Shown one piece after another: positions 8,763-16,845 of a DNA stretch of 64,000 nt. Every line of letters starts with the position of its first letter. The stretch's first letter is position 1. The stretch covers positions 1,550 to 65,549 of the forward strand of contig JADFXX010000005.1 in NCBI GenBank assembly GCA_015233335.1, in the 5' to 3' direction. The notes under the pieces are model-generated. The model searched no databases. It worked only from the letters and a program-made list of their open reading frames with translations, and was not told where the DNA came from. Source of the stretch: Candidatus Omnitrophota bacterium (GTDB lineage Bacteria; Omnitrophota; Gorgyraeia; Zapsychrales; Fredricksoniimonadaceae). Made by a program: the position numbers and the translations under genes.

Positions 8763-9865
8763 GAAAACAGGCGGCATAGGATTTTAGGGTAAAGCAGGGG
8801 GTTAAGTGTGATATTCCACAGAGCAGCACATTCAAAAGTACAGGCGCAGCGGGTTTTATGAATGTGCTCGATGATTTGTCTGTATTTTTGAGTTTTGAGG
8901 ATGGAGTTAATATCATAATTGTGTCTACGCAGATCGCCCATGACAAAATCCTGGTCCGGCTTTAATTGTTTTAACATCTCACAGGGCACGACAAGTCCGT
9001 CATCAGTGATGGTAAGGATCCGCCTGCCGGCAACACAGGGGAGGACCATTTTCTGGGTTGCTAAGAATTGGCTGTTGATTTCCATCATCATGTTCAGCAA
9101 GACCTGCATCAGGCCTTTTTGAGAATTATTTTGCTGGTATAGATATTTCATGATGGCTTCGTATTCGGGTATGGTTACGTCCTTGGTGGCCGGTTCCCGG
9201 GCATTTCCACGGGCCAAGCCTATGCTGTGCGCATCGGGCTTAAGCTCATTTTTGACATAGTCAATGATGGTTTTCATGTCATCTTTGTTATAAGAATTGA
9301 GTACCGAGGATACGACCAAGACCAGATTCTTGTGCTTTTTTTTGAGTTCATTGAGTTTGGACAATGTCTGGACCATTTTGTTAAAATTGCCGGGGACAGC
9401 CCGGATATGGTCGTGTTTCTCTCCGATATGGTCGATGGAAAGATTGATCTTAAGCAGAATATCAGGGCATTTTGTTAATACGGAATACGCGATTTCAGCG
9501 GTCTTCTGGGGTAAAAGTCCGTTGGTCGTAAAATTAACATAGCGACTCGAGCTGTTTTTATAAAATAAGTGAATGATCTCATCTAAATCATCGCGCAGGG
9601 TGGGCTCACCTCCGGCTAAGCTGATGTAGGCCAAATTTTTAAAACCCTTGGTGATGCGTTCAATTTCTCTGATGGAAAGTAAGCCCCGCTCTTTGAATGC
9701 ATCGATCTCTTTCCAATAAAAGCACATGCGGCAGCGGGCATTGCATTGAGCCGTGACGAAGAAGATCAAATAGGTGAATCGTCCGAAACTTAAGGAACGT
9801 AAAAGATGATAGTAGCGGCTTAAGGAAAAATTCTCGATTTTTTTCTTTGGGGATACGGGAGTCAA
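8759..9865 (-). CDS. Radical SAM protein with SPASM/twitch-like C-terminal Cys cluster
   Basis: CNARCRMCFYW (CxxxCxxC), GGEPTLRDD, and C-terminal cysteines LPCVAGRRILTITDDGLVVPCE ... TRCACTFECA. Confidence 0.8.
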   Translation of the reverse strand: MTPVSPKKKIENFSLSRYYHLLRSLSFGRFTYLIFFVTAQCNARCRMCFYWKEIDAFKERGLLSIREIERITKGFKNLAYISLAGGEPTLRDDLDEIIHLFYKNSSSRYVNFTTNGLLPQKTAEIAYSVLTKCPDILLKINLSIDHIGEKHDHIRAVPGNFNKMVQTLSKLNELKKKHKNLVLVVSSVLNSYNKDDMKTIIDYVKNELKPDAHSIGLARGNAREPATKDVTIPEYEAIMKYLYQQNNSQKGLMQVLLNMMMEINSQFLATQKMVLPCVAGRRILTITDDGLVVPCEMLKQLKPDQDFVMGDLRRHNYDINSILKTQKYRQIIEHIHKTRCACTFECAALWNITLNPLLYPKILCRLFS

Positions 9866-9989
9866 TGTTTGGATTTTCTAACGATTAATAAAAATTTATT
9901 ATATCAAAAATAGGATGAATTGATATTAAGTAATTCGCTGTGCATAAAACCAATTGTTCAGAACTCCTAAGTCAGTTATAATATTTGCC

Positions 9990-12044
9990 ATGCTGCGTTT
10001 TTGGGCCTTTCTCTTTCCTTGCGTATTCTGGATATTCTTAATGCGCGATTTTGTTTTTGGTATCATCCCCGTTAATATGGATACCCACACTACATACGGG
10101 GCCGCTAAGTTTTATTTCAATAATATCCTTAATGGTGTCGTCCCTTTGTGGGATCCTTTTGTCAGTCTGGGCAGGAATTTTTATTTAATGGATATCTGTA
10201 ATCTTTTTGTCCCAGTCACTCAGGTCATAGGTTTTTTAAAACTAGCCGGTGTTAATTATGCAAATGCATTTGTTGCTTATTTGGTAGTTTATTTTTTTAT
10301 CGGTTGCGCAGGTTTTTATTTTTTGGCTAAGGAAATTCTCAAAAACCGCTCTATGGCGTATCTGGCGTATGTAGCCCTGATGTTCTCAAGCCTAGGGGCT
10401 TCCATGTTCACCCAGACAAAGCTGGTTGAATTAGTTGTTCCTGCTATTTGGTTTTTTTTCTTTTTAATACGTTTTGCCCGGCAGAAGAATAGAGGACATT
10501 TCCTGGGGATTGCTTTTACAGGGATGGTATTGATCAATTCTTACCTGCCTTTCTATTTTTTGACGGTGGGCATGGTTTTTACAATTGTTTTTGTTATTTT
10601 ATATCCCAGCCATGCCCGCGACTTTTGCATTAACTTTTATCGATTTCTCAGCAAACATTGGTTGTTGGCATTAATGTGTATTGTCGGTCTTATTTTAGCG
10701 GCGGCGCCTCTTTTGGCTTACAAGATTATAGATGCCCGCGGGGAATTTGTGTCTCCGGGCCGGCATTGTCAGTATTCTTCAGCACAAGAGTGCTATGACC
10801 GTACTATGGGCCGTCAGGGGGGGATGTCTTATGTAGAGATCACCCGCAGCGGGACTTTGGGTGAGCGTGTTGATATGCAGTATTTATTCGGACATTTAGA
10901 CAAGATCACGTATGGTAGCGATTCATTATTTTTTCTTCCCGTATGGGTGTTTGTGCTTTTAGCGTTGTCGCTGTTTTTACCGCTTCAACGCTTAACTGTA
11001 CTTTTGAGCGTCATGACGGTCTTAACTGGGTTGATTGCCTGCGGGCATGCAGCGGGGTTATTTGGATTTTTGTACAGGCATGTGCTTTTGTTCACGTATT
11101 TTCGCAATTTTTTCTTCTTTGGGGCGTTTTTTATACCGATTTTGATATTATTGGCGGTGGTTCAATTGCAGGCGCTCATAGGTGTTAAGCCGGCTGATGG
11201 CCGTTCTAAAAAATGGGCCGTTGGGGGTATTATTGCTTTGCATGTGGGTTTTTTCTGGTTTTTGATGCATTTTCAAGGAGTCCCCGCGGTTTCTTGGATA
11301 ACCTTAGGCTTGTCTGCAGTCGTATTTGTATTTTATTATGCCGGGGGATTTCGTTTTCCCCTTAGACTATGGACAGGCGCTTTTACTGTTCTTTTAGTTA
11401 TTCAGCCTGCGTGGATCATGAGAGCCTATGCATTAAACGCTATAGAATTCAAATATGTTTTACCATCTGCACATGTTACACCTGTATTTGGCTGGGTGCG
11501 TCCGGATAAACCCAAGGTGGACTCAAACCGCATTTATCAGTTCGGTCATTATGAAGGTTTTTGGTATGACATGAACATGACCGATGCTCCAGCTAATGTG
11601 GGTTTTTCGGAATCAGTACCGCGTTTTACATTTGACTTATCCGAGCACACCCCAGCAGATGTTTTGTCACAGTATGCTCGTTATAAAATCGTTCTTTATG
11701 ATGATCTAAATTCGGCGGGTGAGGCGGTGAGCGAATCTTCCCCTCAGCTTGATGTCATTCATTTTGATGTTAATACACTGAGGCTTAAAACAGATTTTTC
11801 TAGGCCTAAAATTCTGGTCTATAATGATAGTTATACCGCATCCTGGAAAGCTTATTTAGACGGAATGCCGGTTGAATTGTTAAGGGCGAACGGAGCTTTT
11901 AAGGGCGTCAGGGTGCCCGAAGGGCCGCACACCGTGGAGTTCACATATCGTCCTCCTGGGGGCGCGTGGGTATACATCACTGCCACCATCGCACTTTTTA
12001 CCTTTATGATAGGAACCATGTTTATGTTATATTGGGGGCTTTGA
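9990..12044 (+). CDS. YfhO-like polytopic membrane protein (putative GT-C glycosyltransferase)
   Basis: More than 10 TM helices. The C-terminal tail YNDSYTASWKAYLDGMPVELLRANGAFKGVRVPEGPHTVEFTYRPPG matches my memory of the YfhO-family C-terminus. The start is uncertain: TTG at 9954 or ATG at 9990. Confidence 0.5.
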   Translation: MLRFWAFLFPCVFWIFLMRDFVFGIIPVNMDTHTTYGAAKFYFNNILNGVVPLWDPFVSLGRNFYLMDICNLFVPVTQVIGFLKLAGVNYANAFVAYLVVYFFIGCAGFYFLAKEILKNRSMAYLAYVALMFSSLGASMFTQTKLVELVVPAIWFFFFLIRFARQKNRGHFLGIAFTGMVLINSYLPFYFLTVGMVFTIVFVILYPSHARDFCINFYRFLSKHWLLALMCIVGLILAAAPLLAYKIIDARGEFVSPGRHCQYSSAQECYDRTMGRQGGMSYVEITRSGTLGERVDMQYLFGHLDKITYGSDSLFFLPVWVFVLLALSLFLPLQRLTVLLSVMTVLTGLIACGHAAGLFGFLYRHVLLFTYFRNFFFFGAFFIPILILLAVVQLQALIGVKPADGRSKKWAVGGIIALHVGFFWFLMHFQGVPAVSWITLGLSAVVFVFYYAGGFRFPLRLWTGAFTVLLVIQPAWIMRAYALNAIEFKYVLPSAHVTPVFGWVRPDKPKVDSNRIYQFGHYEGFWYDMNMTDAPANVGFSESVPRFTFDLSEHTPADVLSQYARYKIVLYDDLNSAGEAVSESSPQLDVIHFDVNTLRLKTDFSRPKILVYNDSYTASWKAYLDGMPVELLRANGAFKGVRVPEGPHTVEFTYRPPGGAWVYITATIALFTFMIGTMFMLYWGL

Positions 12045-12265
12045 TGCTCAAAGTAATTTTTGGAAGGAATATTGTCTTCTGGGCCTTGCTGGCAGGGGCA
12101 CTATTCTTAAGTGTCAATTGGCGCTTGTGCACCATTGAGCGCGGGAAATATCTGTTAGGAATTTACTATAATGGTCATTTTCAAAATGAAAATGACGGGA
12201 CGGTCTACCGCGATTATCTAAAAACCCACGGCATCACGCATGAATTTATAAAAGAGAATATTTAA
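12044..12265 (+). CDS. Small single-pass membrane protein, hypothetical
   Basis: ATG overlaps the upstream TGA (TGATG). One TM helix (IVFWALLAGALFLSV). No homology recognised. Confidence 0.35.
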   Translation: MLKVIFGRNIVFWALLAGALFLSVNWRLCTIERGKYLLGIYYNGHFQNENDGTVYRDYLKTHGITHEFIKENI

Positions 12266-12278
12266 CGAAGGAGAATTG

Positions 12279-12599
12279 ATGGCAACGATAGAAGATTTTA
12301 AAAAAATCGAGCTGTTGGTCGCTCAAATCAAAGAAGTTAAAGAACATCCCAATGCGGACCGCTTGTATGTTTTGCAAGTAGACACCGGGCGTGATGTGCG
12401 CCAGATCGTCGCCGGAATCCGTAAGGCATATACTCCCCAGCAGCTCATTGGCCGGAGGATTGTTCTGGTCGCTAATATGGAACCGGCCGTCATCCGGGGA
12501 GAGGCTTCCAACGGCATGCTTTTGGCGTCTTCGAATGCTGAGGATATGGCTCTCTTGATGCCGGATCATGATATAGCCTTAGGCAGTGTGGTCAAATAA
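12279..12599 (+). CDS. CsaA/Trbp111-type tRNA-binding domain protein
   Basis: FKKIELLVAQIKEVKEHPNADRLYVLQVDTG...QIVAGIRKAYTPQQLIGRRIVLVANMEP is the OB-fold tRNA-binding domain found at the MetRS C-terminus and in CsaA. Shine-Dalgarno GAAGGAG lies 5 nt upstream. Confidence 0.8.
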   Translation: MATIEDFKKIELLVAQIKEVKEHPNADRLYVLQVDTGRDVRQIVAGIRKAYTPQQLIGRRIVLVANMEPAVIRGEASNGMLLASSNAEDMALLMPDHDIALGSVVK

Positions 12600-13087
12600 T
12601 GAGACCCGAAGTATCCCTTAAACAATTTGTTCCATCTTTAGTTTGTCTTAAATGTGACGGATGCTGCCGGTATAAGCAGGCAGATTCTATTTGGCGTCCT
12701 AAATTAGGACAAAATGATCAGAAAAATTTAGGGACGTTCGAAGACTATGTCCAAAGTGTTCAAGTCTGTGGACAACATTTTTGCCGTTTCCTTAATACAA
12801 CAGACAACACCTGTGGCGTTTATAACAAGCGGCCTTTTGAATGTCTCTTATATCCATTTATTCTTTCCCAAAGAACCGACACTATTCAAGTCTATGTGCA
12901 TTTAAGCTGCCCCTTTGTTCAGGACCATCAGCCCAAAGAAGAGTTCAAGGCCTATGTCGAATATTTGAAAGACTTTTTTAGCCGACAGGATATTCGGGAA
13001 TTTTTAATCAAGAATAAAGCCATGTTTCATGATTACACGCCGTTTGCCCCGGAATTACTGCATCTGTTCGATTTTTCTTATGAATGA
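12599..13087 (+). CDS. YkgJ-family Cys-cluster (CxxCxxCC) protein
   Basis: CLKCDGCCRY plus further conserved Cys residues. TAATG overlap with the upstream gene. Confidence 0.55.
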   Translation: MRPEVSLKQFVPSLVCLKCDGCCRYKQADSIWRPKLGQNDQKNLGTFEDYVQSVQVCGQHFCRFLNTTDNTCGVYNKRPFECLLYPFILSQRTDTIQVYVHLSCPFVQDHQPKEEFKAYVEYLKDFFSRQDIREFLIKNKAMFHDYTPFAPELLHLFDFSYE

Positions 13088-13994
13088 TACGCAGCTGTTA
13101 GAACAAAAATCTTTGGTGGAATCTTTTTTGGCAAAGGGACCTAGACCTTTATCCAGTTTTTCTTTTGTCAGCTTGTTTGCCTGGTGTGATTTTTTTGATT
13201 TTGAAATAAAGATGGTAAAGGAACGTTTATGTATCTTTGCGCATGGAGATTCGGGATGTTTTTTATATCTGCCGCCTTTGGGGGAAAGGGTAGATTCATC
13301 GACTATTGAGCTTGTGTTCGCGCACATGGCGCGTGGAAAAGCTCCCCAGGCGGTCAACCGCATAGAAAATATTCCGGAAAATTTATTGCTATCCTTTGAC
13401 CCGAACCGTTATAATCAATACTTAAAGCCCGCGGAATATGTCTATCGTAAAGAGGACCTGAAGGCGCTTCATGGCAATGCTTATAAGTCCAAGCGCCATG
13501 ATTACAATTGTTTTGTGAGTCGTCAGGGGGCGTGTTCTTTTAAACCTTATCAGGATGAAGATCTGAGCGCTTGTTTGGCGCTTTATGATCGTTGGGCCGC
13601 CGCCCGTGCAGAGGCGAACAGCGACGATATTTTTCGTTTCATGCTTAAAGAGAATCGTCTAGTGCACGAGCGTTTGCTGATCCATTGGCGCAGACTTGGG
13701 CTCATTGTACGGGTTTTGAAGGTCAAGGGCGAGACCATCGGGTATACCTTTGGTTACCCCTTGGACGAAATGACGTTTTGCGTTTATGCGGAAATCACAG
13801 ATTTAAGAATTACTGGCGCTGCGGCCTATATTTTCAGGAGTTTTTGCGCCGATGAGCAATTAAAAAATTTTAGCCGGATCAATACCATGGATGATTTTGC
13901 TATGCCAAACGTGGCGAGAGCCAAAAAAGCATATCATCCCTCTGAGTTAATTCCTTCCTATGCAGTATCGATGCTGGGATTAAAGGGGTGTTAA
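13080..13994 (+). CDS. DUF2156 / MprF C-terminal-like protein (phosphatidylglycerol lysyltransferase-type, aminoacyl-tRNA-dependent transferase fold)
   Basis: FSFVSLFAWCDFFDFEIKMVKERLCIF and YVYRKEDLKALHGNAYKSKRHDYNCF match the family pattern I recall for standalone DUF2156 proteins. The start at 13080 overlaps the upstream gene by 8 nt. Confidence 0.6.
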   Translation: MNDTQLLEQKSLVESFLAKGPRPLSSFSFVSLFAWCDFFDFEIKMVKERLCIFAHGDSGCFLYLPPLGERVDSSTIELVFAHMARGKAPQAVNRIENIPENLLLSFDPNRYNQYLKPAEYVYRKEDLKALHGNAYKSKRHDYNCFVSRQGACSFKPYQDEDLSACLALYDRWAAARAEANSDDIFRFMLKENRLVHERLLIHWRRLGLIVRVLKVKGETIGYTFGYPLDEMTFCVYAEITDLRITGAAAYIFRSFCADEQLKNFSRINTMDDFAMPNVARAKKAYHPSELIPSYAVSMLGLKGC

Positions 13995-14614
13995 TGGATA
14001 TCAAAGGTGCCGAATTTGTTATTTTTGACGTGGAAACCACAGGTCTTTCACCGACAGACGGCGATCGCATCATTGAAATCGCCGCCGTAAAAGTCAAAGG
14101 GACACAGGTGGTGGATCAGTTCTATTCTTTGGTCAATCCTCAAAGATCCATACCGCCGCAAGCAACCTTGGTCAATAATATTACAGATGATATGCTTGCC
14201 ACAGCTCCTGTTGCCGCGGATATTCTGCCTGAGATGATCCATTTTATCGGCGGGGCCTGTGTGGCCGGACACAATGTGCGGTTTGATCTTAATTTTTTAT
14301 GCTATGAGTTGGCCTTACTCGGCCGCAGGCTCAATGACCAGACACCAGCTGTGGATACTTTAAAGATGGCCCGGGATCTTTTGCCCTATTTAAGCAATCA
14401 TAAGCTCGCCTATCTGGCCCGATCCTTAGGTGTCGTAGTGGACCAGACCCATCGTGCGATGGCAGACGTTCAGCTGACCGTGGCGGTGTTTTTGCGTCTG
14501 ATGGAGATGGCCGGGGACAAGGATTTGCATAAGGCATCCATTTTTATCACACAATTCGGCGTCGAGAAGCCCATATTTAAACTACATCAGAAAGTCCAGT
14601 CATTGCTTTTTTAA
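13994..14614 (+). CDS. DnaQ-like 3'-5' exonuclease (DEDDh)
   Basis: Exo I FVIFDVETTGL, Exo II HNVRFDLNFL, Exo III HRAMADV. The ATG shares one base with the upstream TAA. Confidence 0.85.
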   Translation: MDIKGAEFVIFDVETTGLSPTDGDRIIEIAAVKVKGTQVVDQFYSLVNPQRSIPPQATLVNNITDDMLATAPVAADILPEMIHFIGGACVAGHNVRFDLNFLCYELALLGRRLNDQTPAVDTLKMARDLLPYLSNHKLAYLARSLGVVVDQTHRAMADVQLTVAVFLRLMEMAGDKDLHKASIFITQFGVEKPIFKLHQKVQSLLF

Positions 14615-14617
14615 CCT

Positions 14618-15889
14618 ATGGTTCAATACTCCCTGCGCTTTGCGGGGGATGCCTTCAATATTTTTCGTATTTTTAAAGACCAGCCGAATGCGTTCTTCTT
14701 AGACAGCAGTCTTGATCGTTCACAAACACGTTTCTCTTATATCGGGTTTGATCCGTTTACTACAATATCCGCCTGTGAATTATCCCAATTAAAGAAAAAT
14801 TTCAATCAACACCGGTTTTCTCAGAAGGCAAGCCGCCTTTCTTTTCCCGCCGGAGCGGTCGGGTATTTGGGATTCGACGGTTCTTTATTTTTTGGATTTT
14901 ACGATACCATTTTGACGGTGGATCATAAGGCCCGCAGGCTTATTGTCTCAAGTCTTTCAAAAAATCGTTTGAAAGATGTTTTAAGAAGTTTGCATCAAAC
15001 GCTAATGCCTCAGAGGGTCTCCAAGCCATTTTCAAAACAGCTTGATTTTATAAGCAATTTTACTAAGGCAGGCTATATAGAAGCCGTGCGCTCTGCTCTG
15101 GAGCACATACGCCGTGGGGACATTTATCAGATCAACCTCTCTCATCAAATCAGGGTGAACCTGCCGTCTTGGCGCCGGTATGCCGAACCCACGGATCTAT
15201 ATGGAGCTTTACGTAGGTTTTTCCCATCGGAATTTGGGGCTTATTTTGATGATGGGAGGCAGGTCATTTTAAGCGCTTCGCCGGAAAGATTTTTGAGGTT
15301 GCAAAAAGATATCGTTCAAGTCAAACCGATGAAGGGTACGAGGCCACGCGGAAAAAATAAAATTCAGGACCGGAATTTTAGAGAAGAGCTGCTCAAGAGC
15401 CCTAAAGAAATTGCTGAACTTCTGATGGTGACAGACCTGGAACGCAATGATCTGGGCCGTGTCTGTGATTATTCGTCGGTTAAGGTCAAGGCCATGCGAA
15501 CGATCGAGACTTACGCATCCGTGTTCCAGGCCACGTCTACGGTCGAGGGGCGTCTCTACAAGGGTTTTGACCAGTTTGACCTTCTGAAGGCCGCCTTTCC
15601 CAGCGGGTCCGTAACCGGCTGTCCTAAAATAGAGGCGATGAAAATTATCAAAAAGTTAGAGCACGGTCCTCGAGGACTTTATACCGGGGCGCTTGGGTAT
15701 ATTAGTTTTTCGGGAAACATGGATTTTAATGTGATGATACGTACAATGTTTTTAAAACGCGATGAGATAACTTTTCATGTGGGTGGGGGAATTGTGGCAG
15801 ATTCCAAGCCGCAGACCGAGTGGCAGGAAACTTGGATCAAGGCCCAGCCGTTAATGGATGCGCTTAATAAAATATTTAGGCGTGTGTAA
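14618..15889 (+). CDS. pabB: Aminodeoxychorismate synthase component I (chorismate-binding enzyme)
   Basis: PMKGTRPRG, TDLERNDLGRV, GSVTGCPKIEAMKII, GLYTGALGY. Followed by pabC. Confidence 0.8.
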   Translation: MVQYSLRFAGDAFNIFRIFKDQPNAFFLDSSLDRSQTRFSYIGFDPFTTISACELSQLKKNFNQHRFSQKASRLSFPAGAVGYLGFDGSLFFGFYDTILTVDHKARRLIVSSLSKNRLKDVLRSLHQTLMPQRVSKPFSKQLDFISNFTKAGYIEAVRSALEHIRRGDIYQINLSHQIRVNLPSWRRYAEPTDLYGALRRFFPSEFGAYFDDGRQVILSASPERFLRLQKDIVQVKPMKGTRPRGKNKIQDRNFREELLKSPKEIAELLMVTDLERNDLGRVCDYSSVKVKAMRTIETYASVFQATSTVEGRLYKGFDQFDLLKAAFPSGSVTGCPKIEAMKIIKKLEHGPRGLYTGALGYISFSGNMDFNVMIRTMFLKRDEITFHVGGGIVADSKPQTEWQETWIKAQPLMDALNKIFRRV

Positions 15890-15898
15890 AAGCCAACA

Positions 15899-16020
15899 GG
15901 TATATTTTTTCTAAGGCCGGACGCACGACCCCCATCCCCACAAGCTCGGCGCTTCGGGGGTATAATTATAAGCACCCCCCTGTGCGCCTGTGGGGTAGCA
16001 GGCCTTAGAAAAAACATACC
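15899..16020 (+). repeat. Copy B of the ~122-nt TIR-bounded structured repeat
   Basis: GGTATATTTTTTCTAAGGCC ... TATAATTATA ... GGCCTTAGAAAAAACATACC. The TIRs match at 19 of 20 positions. It lies between the pabB stop and the pabC start. Confidence 0.85.
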
Positions 16021-16047
16021 CGTCGGCTTCTTTGCGAAAAGTTTATT

Positions 16048-16791
16048 ATGAGATACACGATATTCTTAGACGGAAAATATATTTTTGTGACCCCGAGGGT
16101 TCTTCGGTCATTGACGCCCGGAGTTTTTAAGGCCAAAGGGGTTTTTGAAACGATGCTGGCACTGGACGGGGTGATTCTTGACGCTGATTTGCATTTGCGT
16201 CGACTTTGCAGGGGGCTTAAGGTTTTAGGGGTCCCACGACCATCAATCGATCCATCGTTATTTAAAAAAATATTAGTTCAAAATCATCTTTTGTGCGCCC
16301 GAGTGAGGATTATGGTATGGCAAGAGGGCAGTGAGGCCCATGTGATGGCCTCGGCACAACCTTATAAGATTTCTAACAAAAAAAAATATCACGTTTGTCT
16401 GGTTAAGACTGATCGCCTGGCTTCTGCTCGTTTTTCCGATGTAAAATCCTTAGACTATAGCATGTTCGCCGCAGCTTATGCCTATGCCAAAACGCATGGG
16501 TATGATGAGGCTCTTTTACTTAATCGTCACGATCACATTGTTGAAGCCAGCCGTGCTAATATTTTTTGGATCAAAAATAGTATTTTATATACGCCCCCAT
16601 TGACATCAGGATGTTTAAACGGCATAACACGTAGGCAAGTTATACGGATGGTGCGACGTTTAAAAATTCCTCTGAAAGAGAAGAATTTAACGCTGGAAAT
16701 GTTAAATAAAGCTGATGCCGCGTTTTTGACTAGTTCCCTTATAGGGATCAAGCCGATCAATGTTGCTTTATATGAAAGGATAGATAAATAA
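16048..16791 (+). CDS. pabC: Aminodeoxychorismate lyase / class IV aminotransferase
   Basis: EASRANIFWIKNSILYTPPLTSGCLNGITR (fold-type IV PLP motif). Adjacent to pabB. Confidence 0.7.
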   Translation: MRYTIFLDGKYIFVTPRVLRSLTPGVFKAKGVFETMLALDGVILDADLHLRRLCRGLKVLGVPRPSIDPSLFKKILVQNHLLCARVRIMVWQEGSEAHVMASAQPYKISNKKKYHVCLVKTDRLASARFSDVKSLDYSMFAAAYAYAKTHGYDEALLLNRHDHIVEASRANIFWIKNSILYTPPLTSGCLNGITRRQVIRMVRRLKIPLKEKNLTLEMLNKADAAFLTSSLIGIKPINVALYERIDK

Positions 16792-16845
16792 CATGGTGAG
16801 AATAAGATTGCAATAAAGGTGGGGGAGTTGATATAATAATTTTAT

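Noticed and set aside
11966-12043. Upstream part of the 99-aa ORF overlapping the YfhO-like gene
   Set aside because: The region is inside the YfhO-like coding sequence. An ATG at 12044 overlapping the TGA gives a cleaner 73-aa gene model.
15961-15966. TATAAT in the core of the repeat as a mobile -10 promoter box
   Set aside because: No acceptable -35 lies at the proper distance (the region reads CCACAA). Copy A has the weaker TATAGT. The hexamer is simply part of the AT palindrome. It is retained only as a remote possibility.
15775-16017. Listed 80-aa minus-strand ORF spanning the pabB 3' end and the intergenic region
   Set aside because: It is composed of the antisense of pabB plus the 122-nt repeat. 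The equivalent reading frame is not preserved in repeat copy A, and it has no RBS or recognisable domain. It is an artefact of the repeat.
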